A DNA stretch of 64,000 bases from Dicyema japonicum (lineage: Eukaryota > Animalia > Dicyemida). The stretch's first letter is position 1; each line of letters opens with the position of its first letter. The stretch spans positions 806,001 to 870,000 of the forward strand of contig RDEW01000014.1 in NCBI GenBank assembly GCA_011109175.1, written 5' to 3'. Of the stretch, positions 40,414-52,597 are shown piece by piece. The notes under the pieces are model-generated. The model was not told where the DNA came from and searched no databases. It worked only from the letters and a program-made list of their open reading frames with translations. Position numbers and translations under genes: made by a program.

Positions 40414-43400
40414 ATGTCGTTGGTTCGGTTGTTTTCATCAATTGAGGATGAGCTATCTACAATAAAGTCAATATTTAGTAATACAACGTTGTCATATATT
40501 CACGATGAGGTGATTAATATGTTTTACTGGTAGACAACCGAAATAGAAGTTGAGTTAAAATGTGATGAGAGGATAGAGTATGAAGATCGTTATGTAATAT
40601 TAAAACTAGCAATAAACAAAAAGTACCCAGATATGTAATTATTAAGTAATATTATAGAAAACCACATTATCAAGTAATAGATAGTTGTGGAATAGAATTA
40701 ACATCAATATATAATATTATTAATAAATTATTTGATAAAAAAGACAAAAGTTATGTTATTTTTGATGCTCTCTGTTGTATTCACCAACTATTATTTCCAT
40801 CATCTTATTTGACAGATACGTTTCATGAATTATCACACAATGAGGGTAAATGCTCTGAAGTAATCTTAAACTAATTTGTAGTCTTCAAATTGTAACACTA
40901 ATGAAGACAGTGAAGTTGGTGAATCAAGTCAGATAATATCCATTGAAAGATCACAACAACGATTGACAACAAATATTGATGACGTTTCCCTTGATACCTG
41001 TGATCGTTGTAAAGTTTCTACTCTAAAAAACCTTATCCCTGAAGGTGGTATTATTAAATTCAAACGTCGTCGATTCTTACTCGGTCCTTGTTTAGGTGAT
41101 AATATATATAATAAAAGGTCACAATGACCGTGGAGCTGGTAATCGTGTATTAATAGAGGATAAACCAGGTAAGAAACTCTATGTTGTGACTGATTGGAAT
41201 ATTTGTCTTCCTAATCCAGATACTCCATTTGGATTACAAGTCAAACAAGTATTTATTATTAATATTAAAGCGTATATTAAATTGTGTAAAGGAGGCTAAA
41301 CGTGTTAGAAGTCTTTGTCATAATAATATTATTAACTTTATTTCATATCGTCATCTTAAAATTAGTAATAAATTGGTTAATTTTCAGGTATTATCATTAT
41401 TATTATTAGATTCTTCGACCATTTGTGACTGGGCTTAATTTAAGACAATTTTTACAAATTAATCAGGCTCCCGCTAATTTGGAGTTTATTCGTCAATGTG
41501 CATCCGAAATACTACCAGCCATCGCATTTTTACATCAAAATGGCACTGCGCATGGATTTATCAGAGTTTATGTTTTGTTTACTCCAGTCGAGCAGTATCT
41601 TTATTTCTACTTATTCTATCTTCCTTTTGGGGGATGCTTTTTTTGATAAACGAATGGAAGAAATTTATGACATTTGCATACATCCGAGTGAGGCTGTTTC
41701 ACCTGAATTTGAACTTTCAGTAATTCAGTGGAGTGATATTTACAGATTTGTATTATTTATATTTATTGAAGGGACTTATTCTTTTATGTCTTTCGTTAGG
41801 CAATGTTACTGAATTTACTGAAAATCCTGAAATCCCTGTATATCTTCCTATTATATTAAGAGATATGCTTACGAGGTTATTTAGTTTATTCATATTAGAT
41901 TCTTATCCCCCAAAGTTGAAGAAAGATGGACAATTGAGCAGTTACTGAAACATCCTTTTGTGCAGAGAGACCATGAAGACATGTCTTATTACAAGGAGGG
42001 TAATTATATTAATTATAAGAAAACTATAATTTGGAAGATTTAGAAAAATTATCAAAGGATAGTCGATTAATGAGTGACTTTAGTGACCATGTTTTACTTG
42101 GTAAGGGTGGATTTGGTCAAGTAGTGAAGGTTAATTGGTTGGTTTTAAACGAAGGCTAAACAAAAGTTGGATGGAATAGTATATGCTATAAAATGGGTGG
42201 ATTTGAGTAGTAAAAGTCGAAAGGTTATCGAACGCATCCTTAGAGAAGTACTTTTACTATCAAAACTAAATAATGAAAATATTGTTAGGTATTTATTTTA
42301 TTTATTAAGATATTATAATTCTTGGGTTGAAGGAATTAATAATTTGGATTTATGTTTGCAATCCGATGACAAGGATACAACTGGTGATGACTTTGGAGGA
42401 TCTGAGGAAGAAGATGATTCAGAAGTAGAAAGTGAGGGAAATTCAGAAAATGAAGCAAGTGAAGGAAATGAAGAAAGCGAAAGATTTATAAGATTCAAGG
42501 GAATAGACAGTAGTAGTGAGGAAGTAGAGGATAAAGAAGTAAATAAATCAAGCAGTCCTTCAGTAAGATTTGAAGGTGGATCAGAGCAAGAAATTATAGC
42601 CAGTGGAGTAAAACTGAAATTCCAAAAGAAAAAGAGAAATCAAATGAAATAAAAAAGTTTTTATTTATCCAGGTATTATTATTATTTGATTTGTTGATGG
42701 AATGCTGTGAACGCAGTACATTGAAGAGTTTAATAAAATCTGATATATATAAAAGTATGGATATTGTTTGGCAATTATTCAGGTCAATTCTTAATGGATT
42801 AGATTATTTGCACGACAATGTTTATATATTATTTTATTATTAGAGAATCATTCATAGAGATTTGAAACCAGAAAATATATTCCTTGATATTAATATGAAG
42901 GTTAAAATTGGTGATTTTGGATTGGCTATATTAGGGGATCGTAGTGTTTTATCAGTATTATTTTATTATTACAAGGTTGATCAAATTAATCCTTATATTC
43001 CCCCTCAGGAATATGGAAAGAAAAAACCATCAGGTACTGTGGGGACAATGTTATATATTGCCCCTGAAATGATGAGTAAATCACAATACTCACAGGTCGT
43101 TCATATTATTATGTAGAAAGTGGATATGTATAGTCTTGGATTGATTTTGTTTGAAATGTGCTATCACTCTATGACAACGTCATCTGAACGTGTTAATGTC
43201 TTTAGAAGTTTACGTAGTCCTGAAATTGAATTTCCTATTGATTTTACGGGTAATGAAGACGACGCACATGTTTGTTATTTATTAATATTAGTATAAAGTT
43301 ATAAAGTCTCTATTAAATCATGATCCATCACAAAGACCTACAGCCTCAGATCTGTTATACTCAGGATTAATTCCTGCTCCTTTAATACCAGAATCACAAG

Positions 43401-45664
43401 CATTTGAAATGATAAAGACAGCTGTTAATATTTATGAGAATACATCAAGTGATCTAAGGAATGTATTATTCGATATGAAGAGGGAGTATACATTGGATGA
43501 TTTGGGCAACTATTTTTATATAACAGATAATATTAATGTTTGTTTTATTTATATTATAGTCTACCATGGGTTATAATTTTGATTCTGAATTGAGATGGTT
43601 CCTCATCAAGAGAATAATAGGAATATTCAGACTACATAATGCTGTTGAAGTAAAGACTGCCTTAATGATGCCAACTTTTAATAATGAAATATATCAAATT
43701 AACAAACCTATTACTCTTATGGACAGAATGGGCACTGTCATTACACTTCCAACTAATTTACGATTATCATTTGCTAGATATGTGGCGCAGAGGAGAGTCA
43801 CTTGTATGAGACGGTTTTCTGTGGATTCCGTGTTTGTTTATCCTAATGAGAGTAATCATCCCAAACAATTAACCGAGTGTGGATTTGATATAGTATCTAC
43901 TATTCCTAGTCCTTTTTATGATGCTGAAATGCTTATAATTAATCAACAAAATAGTACTTTCGTGTGGTTTGGGAGGTGATTCACCTGGAATTGATAATCA
44001 CATATTCAAAATTAATCATGCTAATATTTTGACTGGCATTTTAAATTATTTTAAAATTCCCGCGACCAACATTCTTCAACAATCCGTATTATCTCTGAAG
44101 GACTGGATATTAGTGGTGTGAGTGATAAACCCTCTTTAATAAACCCCCAACCACTGCCAGTAATATACTCACTGTCTGATGATGCCAAAAATCAACTATG
44201 TGATGTGTTTTCTAAGGAATTTAATGAATTATCAGAGCAGAATCATACTTTAAACAAATAATAACATCTAAGCGAGTATTTATAATTTATAATAATAGGC
44301 ATTCAAAATTATACAAGAAGGTATAGAAAATTTAAATGAAATTATTAAATTAGCAGAATATATGGGTTTTACTTCAAAAGTAATAATATATTTAAATTTA
44401 GATAATATTAAGCATGACAATGTCATTAAATTTAAATATATATTCTGGAATTATGTTTGAATTGATTATTCGACGGAATGATTTAACGATACCTAAAAAT
44501 ACTGTAAATTCAGTAACCTGCTCATTTGGAGGAAGATATGATGGATCAGTTTATTATTTATTTAAAATAAGATTGATTCATTTCTAAATATGGAAACAAA
44601 TGGAGACAAATTGTGTTGCACAAAGTTATGTGCTGTGGGTTTTGGATTTATTATCGACTCTGTGGGTGAATTGGTCCATAAATCGAGAATAAATTCGGTT
44701 AATATTAATTATAATGATAGAAGGGAACAACTACATTTAATTGGTCATCCCCTCAATGGGTGACGTATTAGTAACTCATCCTTTCGGTTTTGGGGGGTCA
44801 TTTGATCAAAAGATTTGTAGCATTCTCTGTCGCTTATGGCAACAAAAAGTGTGTGCAAGCTATTTAACATGTGATTTGGTTAATATTAATATTATTATAG
44901 GGAAATGACGAATTGGTTAATCTTTGTATTGAACTCAAAATAGCTTATCTTTTAATAGTAAAGGATGGGGAAATGAATAATTGTACTGTAAATATAATAT
45001 TATTTATTTTGTAGATTAGAAATTGTTATCCATCATTATCTAATGTTAAACGAATTGACCTCAATCAGGCTATTAAAATGGTTTCATCATATAGAAGTAA
45101 AATTAGGTTTTATTTATTCTAATAGTAGGGAAAATCATTGTCATTCTCCATTTGAGACTACTCTTTCTGTTTTGCCTCCATTGACTGAATCTTCTGTTTT
45201 ATTCTATATTATTAGTAGATTAAAACTGTTTATCAATTACCACCGTTTAAGGTTATATACTTTGAAATGGATACTGATATACATCCAAATGAACCTCATT
45301 CAGAACAGTCAATTAGACAGGCACTTAAAGGAACTATTTCTAAACTCAATTCCTCCCAACGTGGATATATTATTGTCGTTGACTCCTTAGATAAGGAACA
45401 ACTTAGAAAATTTCACTATCTTTTAGAAGGGGTTATTTCTCTATCTTATCATAGGTACGACCTAATGATGATCATAAAGGTGCAATGTCTCACTTGACTA
45501 GTTCAATGTATACTTATAGTTCAATATATAGGAATGAAAAAATGACTCGATATATTGGGAGACTGGCTGATACTATTCAAATCTTTAGAAAAGAGGATGC
45601 ATGCCCCTTTGTGTTTTTATATTCCTATAAATTTTTATATTTCGTTACATTTTTCGCTTTGTAA
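40414..45664 (+). CDS. EIF2AK4: eIF2-alpha kinase GCN2 (RWD, pseudokinase, kinase, HisRS-like, C-terminal domains), many tiny introns
   Basis: LGKGGFGQVVK, REVLLLSKL, YYNSWVE, acidic insert, LFIQME, HRDLKPENIFLD, KIGDFGLA, GTMLYIAPE, KVDMYSLG, LPTNLRLSFARYVA, HPKQLTECGFDIV, GGRYD. Confidence 0.95.
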
Positions 45665-45775
45665 TATTTTTTTTGTTTAGTGGGTTCTATTATTTTTACT
45701 AAGCCTTAATTATTCACAAGCAATTCACCATGATGTTACTCCTTATAACTAAGCTCCAGAAATACAAAAGACCCA

Positions 45776-45877
45776 AAACTCTGCCCTAATAACATTTAAC
45801 AGGACTAACTCTGTCATTAGGGATAGAAACATTTAGTTAATATAACTGCGTCAAACTCTGCCCTAATAACATTTAAC
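45776..45877. repeat. 25-bp exact direct repeat flanking 52 bp
   Basis: AAACTCTGCCCTAATAACATTTAAC at 45776-45800 and 45853-45877. Confidence 0.85.
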
Positions 45878-46654
45878 CTACCAACTAACCACCTACATTG
45901 GGAATCAAGGACCATTTTATGGTATTTTTAATTCCTTCACAATTTTAAAAGACCGGAGTATCTGGCCATGGCCTTTGGTTTCCAAAAAATAAATAAAGAT
46001 AATACCAACTTTCGTGATAAAGTTTGGATTTTTAAAGCGCCTCAAAATGATCCATGATTTGGTTTTTACTAATTCCATCAAAATCATTGATATCTTGAAC
46101 AAAGTTGAACTATTGGTTTCGTCACTATGCCTTCTAGACGACTACAAGATTTCTTGTTGCCCAGGTCCAGCTTCGATTTCTGCGCTACACCAAATACATT
46201 TTATTGATCTTTGTGAGAGTCTGCTATGGCTGTTATTTTTTTGTTAGCTGCTGGTTTTTTTTCACTTGAAGGGACTGGGGGTAAATAAATAATGCTTAAT
46301 TTTCAAACTGATCCGTCAAGCCATAAATAACGATACTCAATTAGTTAAATAACCCTCACTCACTTGTAGATTACCACCAGCTATTAAGTGGGACTCAGCA
46401 AATGCCAGTCGTTCCCATAGATCGTTTAACTTTGGCCTTGTAGACGAACAGTGTACTAATTCAGGGCATTAAAAGGTGATTTGCTGTCAACTCGGTGAGG
46501 TTGCAAAAGAGATGTTTTTACTTCATTCAGTTTACGTACAACGGTAAAGAGGAGTGGTGGGAAACTCAAATATTGCTATTAATTCTTATAGTCAAGAAGA
46601 TATTCTTAAATTGTATTTTATCAAATAAATTATATATTAAATTAAAATATTTAA

Positions 46655-47904
46655 ATGAGAGGATTGTTTAATTGGAGACACATTAAAGTACCAATATTAA
46701 GGAATCTTGTAAATAACAACACTGATTTTATTACTGAGAATTCTCGATATATTGAAAGAATCATTACTGAGAAAGAACTCCAGACTAAACTAACAGGACG
46801 TTCCTTACGTGTAAAATACGGAATTGACATCACGGGATCATTTCTTCATTTGGGTCATGCTGTTAATTTGTGGTTATTAAGAGATCTACAAGAAAGAGGA
46901 CACGTGGTAGACTTAATTCTTGGTGATTTTACTACACTTGTTGGAGACCCTACAGATAAACTGTCTCCTCGTATCAAAAATGAAGAACTTGAAGAGAAGA
47001 TGACTTCCTATGTCAAACAGGTATCGAGGATCCTTTTAACCTCTGCGAAAAGTCTTCGGGTTTTCCGAAACAGTGAGTGGTATTCCAAAATGTCAACAGT
47101 TGATTTTTTAAACTGACTGGTATGATGACACATTCAAGACTTATTGAACGTGAAATGTTTAAAAGGAGAATAGAACGAGGACAAAGCATAACTATGAGTG
47201 AAATGCTTTACCCTCTCCTTCAAGGATATGATTCTGTTGTTTTAAAGAGTGATCTTACTGTTGTTGGATCTGATCAACATTACAACGAAGATGTTGGTCG
47301 TTATTTACAAGTAAAGCATGGCCAATCACCTCAAAGCATAATACTAACTCCAATTACAGCAGGATTGGGGACATTACAAGCAAAACAAAGCAAATCAATG
47401 GGAAATTATATTGCATTAGATCTTAATTCTACTGATATGTTCGCCATGGTTATGCGTCTTGATGATAAAAATATAATTGATTATTTTAATGTTTATACGA
47501 CCATGCCATTATCTGACATACAACACATTCAACAGGAAATCAATGCTGGAGGGAATCCTAGAGATGCTAAATTAAACCTCGCTAAGGCCATCACTTCTAG
47601 ATATTACTCCGATTCTGTCGCTTTGGAAGAATATAACAACTTTGTTGATACTTTCTCTCACAGGAATATGAAATCTAAAGAGTGTACAATTTCGAATGAG
47701 ATGAGTCTAGAGGATTTTGCTATGGAAAAATTGGAGCATTCGTATGGTAAGAAGGTAATCCATGTGATTGCTGGTGCTGGGGGAGTTAGAGTTAATGATG
47801 AAAAAATATATAATTTAAGTAAAGTTGTAGTTCGTGATGGTGATTTTGTTAAAATTGGTAAAAAGAATTTATATTACATTAAAATATTAAATAATAAAGT
47901 TTGA
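46655..47904 (+). CDS. tyrS: Intronless bacterial type-2 (TyrZ-like) tyrosyl-tRNA synthetase with putative mitochondrial presequence; 1-nt frameshift at ~47112
   Basis: LRVKYGIDITGSFLHLGH (HIGH), GDFTTLVGDP, RNSEWY, YPLLQGYDSV, GSDQ, KQSKSMGNYI (KMSKS), NPRDAKLNLA, S4-like GGVRVNDEKI..VKIGKK. Confidence 0.93.
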
Positions 47905-47917
47905 ATTAATAATTGTT

Positions 47918-48073
47918 ATGTTGTCTGGATTGGTAGTAGTATTTAATATGATTAGATAACATTATCTATTGGAGTATATGCGGGAATATTACTACAACAA
48001 CACTATCAAGTATTATTTACTTAATTATTAGTTTAATAATATTCCGTCCAAATATTCAAGTCAATCAAATTAA
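47918..48073 (+). CDS. STMP1: Short transmembrane mitochondrial protein 1 (DUF4535-type micropeptide); 3' end may be affected by an indel
   Basis: MLSGL|ITLSIGVYAGILLQQHYQ|FNNIP after removing introns 47933-47955 and 48010-48031; resembles the STMP1 G.Y.G.YL.QNY.IP pattern. Confidence 0.72.
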
Positions 48074-48954
48074 GGAATTTGTTGATGCTCTTTACCATTT
48101 TATTACTAATTTACTCTCTCAATATTGATTTATAATTCCTTTGAGATTTGTATTATTTTATTTACACTTGTTGGGTATAAGTTGTTCATGGTGGAACACT
48201 GGGTAATTCTCTTCTCAGACGTGTAGTCCATATAACATTCGTTCACTCAAAAATTCTTCAATTATCCATAAAACAGGAGAGCCTGATGCAACGCACTGTC
48301 AAATTGATCACTCATCCTTGTTTATGTCGAGATACCACCTCAGAGTTTAGATAGAAAAGGCAGTAACCACAAGGTCGATCAAAATGAAAACCAAATGGCT
48401 TTTCTTTGGTTTTTAGGCTTCACAAGCAAAAATTTCTAATATCAGAGAATGTAACTAAATTTAAAGTTTACTTCAAGTTTTGGAGAGCTTAAATAGACAC
48501 TTAACAGTGGTCCTGATGTTTGTTATTGCATTTTCATACAGCAGTGTTCTTTTTTCGTGATTAGATGATACAGCAGTATATACTTCGCAGAGAGTTATGA
48601 GTGAGATCTAGAGTCCCCAACTTCTGGATCCTGGTAATCTACGCAGTGCCTCATCACAAAGTATATTTCACTTATTTCTTAAAAAAAGGCTTGCCAAAAT
48701 GTTCCAAAGAGATTTGTCCACTTGATGACGTTGGTAGTGAGTATGATGGTCAATTAATCCAACAGAGATAAAATTATAGTAGTGATTCCAATGTTGAAAT
48801 CGATGATAATATTCTTTCAGTCATTAGGTTTATTCTGTGAGGTCACTCCCCATGTCGCTCAGAATTACCGGAAATTCCACTAATATCAGAAGTAACACGA
48901 AACAAGGACAACTCCGAGTTTGTCACCATTAATCGAAATGTTTTGTCTCATTAT

Positions 48955-49672
48955 TAGGGCAGAAAAATAAAGTCAACGCCGAAAAACTAGAAAATTTATG
49001 CCAGAAGCAGCTTGACAGAATTAAGCTATTTTTGAGGTTTTACTTTCATTTATTATAGATCTGAAAAAAAAATTTTTTTGATTGACGAAACTGATATCCT
49101 GGGACAGAAATATGACAATGCACTTATTGGAAGAATTTCTGATCCCAAGAAAATATTTTTAATATCTTGTCCCCCATTGTCTTCTGTGGCTAACTCTTCG
49201 ATTATCTGTCAGATAATTGACAATGTTCTAAGGGATTTTGCGATAGATCGCTGTTGAACATATTCAGAAATTGCATTTCCGGGACGATTTATGTGGAATC
49301 GGGAAGTACTGGAATCAAAATTAATTGTCAATTAAGTGCTTTCTATCACAAAAGTGGAAAAACAACATATTTCTCCATATGTATACAAGTATCTGTAAAA
49401 GTGTCCTTCTACATCATTATCTGTGAGAGATTTTTTCTATATTGAAAAAATTACTATCTAAAGACCGAAATTTCAAACCCGAAAAAGTTTTGAATTACAT
49501 TATTCTGTATTTTAATAATGATTTTGATTAGTTTTTTTATATTAAAAAATTTTTTGTGGATAAATTTATCATAAAGTCAAAAAAGGTCAAAATTTTGAAA
49601 TTTTAAAGTCAATAAAGTCAATTTTTTAGGTCAAAATTTCCTATTTATAAAGTCAAAATGAAAAACGCCCTA
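48955..49672 (+). mobile_element. Internally deleted hAT-type DNA transposon
   Basis: Termini TAGGGC..GCCCTA; 8-bp TSD CTCATTAT/GTCATTAT (7/8 match); subterminal AAAGTCAA repeats; transposase remnant IDETDILGQKY.NALIGRI..ICQIIDNVL. Confidence 0.78.
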
Positions 49673-49699
49673 GTCATTATAGATGAAGAACTCAAGTCC

Positions 49700-51100
49700 A
49701 ATATTATCAGAGTCTTTAAATGAGCTCTATCATGATTGGTCTTCCTACACCAAAGTTGATTAGTTTAGGTTTCCCGTGAAGATAGCATCACAATTCACTG
49801 AAAAGCATACAACCTCATCTGCATAAGTATTCAGGAACTTCAATTAAAGGCCGCAGACAAAGATCCGTAGAATGTCCCAGCACCAGAACCTAGTCAATTT
49901 CATGTCCAATGAGTTTTATCCATTGGAGTTTAGTAATATTCGTCTCCATAATAATGAACCTGTGGTATCCGTTATTATTCATCCTCATGTAAATTCTGGG
50001 AGACAATCTATCCTGTTCTTGTCCAGTTTCCACTGTCTAGCACTACCGTCCCATACCCTTTTGAAATTCATGCAAGTTGGGTTCATCAAAATCTTTTTTA
50101 TAGGGGATACACAACAGTTCACACCATGTTCGGTAAGCCACAGTTGGTGTAAACTTTCTTATCGGTTTTATTCTATTCCTCAAGTCACGGGGACCTGCAC
50201 AAAAAAGGAAAATGCCAAAGGGAGATTCTTAAAAGTGATTTATCTTCTAAATTTCGGAATTCCAAACGAAAAAACACGTCTTTTTGTAGGATAAACGTGC
50301 ATTTTTTACCCAGTCTATCTGAAAGAGCGTCAATGGTTCGAATCATGGATTCTTTAGGGTTCAGAATAGTTAGGTCGATGATGAGATTGTCGCAGGATGA
50401 TTGGTTAAGGAAGTTCCTGCTTAAAAAAGAATTGATATCCAGTGACTTGGACTCATCGAGATCCCTAAATAACAATAGAGTTATGTGGAAGAGACTGACA
50501 TTCCAAATTTTTTCTTTTGCTTCATATGCTATAAGTACTATGGCTCTTGTGGAATTGTTTAATAATGTGGATTTATTTACCTCCTCCCAATGTTTTCGAT
50601 TAAAGGAAACTGGTGGTTAACAGGAAAATAACCATCAAGAGCGGACGCTCCAGATATTTATTAAGCATGGCGCAGAATTCATAGGTGAACCTAGGCGAAA
50701 GAAGAAATATTCCATTCTGTGGTTGTCTAGAAGGCATAGCGACAAAACCGATTGTCTATTTTTTGTAAAGCCGCATGATAACCGCAGCAAAGGCGTGCCA
50801 ATTTAAAGAAACTTGCCGGGCTAAAATCTTCCATCTATGTTGTAAAAATCCTATAAGCTTGTTAGTACCAAGGCTTTTGATGTTATTAATAGAAACCTAG
50901 TCGTGGATCGTTTTGAGGCTCTACTGATTAAGTTCAGTCTTCGGAATGGTTTGAAGAATTCGAACTTTATCACCAGGGGTAGTTATGATTCTTTTTTTGT
51001 AGAAAGCCAAGGTCCGACGTTTCATATTTGTGAATGGACTGTAGACCGAACATAATGAAATGGTCCCTGATTTGGAGAATTTGTGATTCTTACTGTAAGT
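49700..51100 (-). mobile_element. Probable decayed LINE 5' region (ORF1 zinc-knuckle remnant)
   Basis: Fragmented minus-strand ORF with a CGLP.H knuckle-like remnant near 50140; weak. Confidence 0.35.
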
Positions 51101-51281
51101 AGTCAGTTGGAGGGGGTCTTTAGAGAGTTGGTAGTTGTTTTTACGACAGAGTTTTGAGTCTTGTAGTTTTATCGATATCGATAAACAGGAACTCCATGAA
51201 GGAACTCTAATAAATTGCCCATAAATAGTTGTTGATCTTTTGTAGCCACCATGCGTAGGTTATGTATTTAGTGAAACTTAT

Positions 51282-52038
51282 TATTAGCACTTTCATGAGA
51301 GCACGTGCAGCAAAAAATGCAAGAGAAAGAGTTAGCCTGTTCCAGGCTTTTCTGTTCTTAGTCAGATTCCTCAGTGTGTCCAGGTCATAAGCAGATGCCA
51401 ATGTTTTCTTTGTGCCTTTCACCGCCTTGTAAAACGACCGGGATGGTTGCTCTTGGTTTCCATAAAAGCGTTTTACATGGGAGGAGTAGTAATCTTCCAT
51501 TGCAATATTCGGGGGGGGGGATGTTGGGTCCAACCTCAGGACGTATCAAATAGTCTCCAACGAGAGCTTATGATCTCGAGGCTAATTGGTGTACAGTCAC
51601 ACATTTTGTACAGTCCTTTCCGCGAGATCTTGGATGGCCAGGACATTCCAGTTATGTTTCTTAGATGATTCCTGTAAAACGTGTCTAGCCTCTCCAATTA
51701 CTCTTTTGAGGTGGCCCAGGTCTCAGTGTTGTATAAAAGGATTGGTTTAATTAAGGTGTCGTATAACACTATCCTTTGTTTTATGTCATTCCTTTTCCGT
51801 TTTAGCCATAGTTTTTCAGCCTGTGTAATGCCGCGTTTGCCGTAGTTTTTCTTCATATGATATCTTCACTATCTCCTAATAGGGAGCCAAGTTTCTTTGT
51901 GTGTCTCCATTTCTCTTCTTGTGAGTTATTCATTCGTATTATTTCCGTCCGTTCTGTTTTTTCTCTGTTCACGATGAGAAACCATTTCCCAAGTATAGAA
52001 TTTGATAATATAATTGGTCGTAAGTTTTCAACCGGTCC
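51282..52038 (-). mobile_element. 5'-truncated RTE-like LINE
   Basis: KKLGSLLGD, LYNTETW, YDLDTLRNLTKNRKAW; bounded by TAGTGAAAC repeats. Confidence 0.85.
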
Positions 52039-52051
52039 TAGTGAAACATAT

Positions 52052-52504
52052 TATTAATAAACACGTCGCAAAACAACGTTAGTAAAGTTATCTCGCTTGT
52101 GCCACCCTCTCCTGGATGCGTTTTGTTAATCGCTCTGTTCCTCGATAGGTACCTCAGGTGCTCAAGATCATCTGCCGACGTAAACCCTTTCCCAATCGAA
52201 GTTACATCTTGATGTAGAAAGTTTGCTAGAGTAATTCGTGGTCTTCCCCGGAAGTCGATCCCGGATGAGGAGCAGAGCGGTGTTCCATCGCGAGATTAAC
52301 GGGAGTATTCCTTTCCATTCTTAAGATGTGACCAAATAAGCCCCATCTGTTACTTCTTATTTCACCGTCAAATGGGTGGATGTTGTAATGGAAATAGAGG
52401 TATTTGTTTGAGGTGTGCTTTGGCCAGAAAATTCTAAGAATGTATCTGAACTGCATTCTATGAAAGGAGTTCAGATTTTCCATTTCAGGCGTTGTAAGTG
52501 CCCG
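52052..52504 (-). mobile_element. Second 5'-truncated RTE-like LINE (different subfamily)
   Basis: LNSFHRMQFRYILRIFWP..RWGLFGHILRM; bounded by TAGTGAAAC repeats. Confidence 0.85.
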
Positions 52505-52597
52505 TAGTGAAACTTATACCTAAAAGAATAGTTTTAAAAGTTTTATTTTGTGATAATAAAATATTAATTTAAATAATAATAATTTGTTTGATTGTTA

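Noticed and set aside
40414-47904. Functional linkage of GCN2 (uncharged tRNA sensor) with the adjacent TyrRS
   Set aside because: Only adjacency; the compartments probably differ and ~1 kb of unrelated DNA separates them
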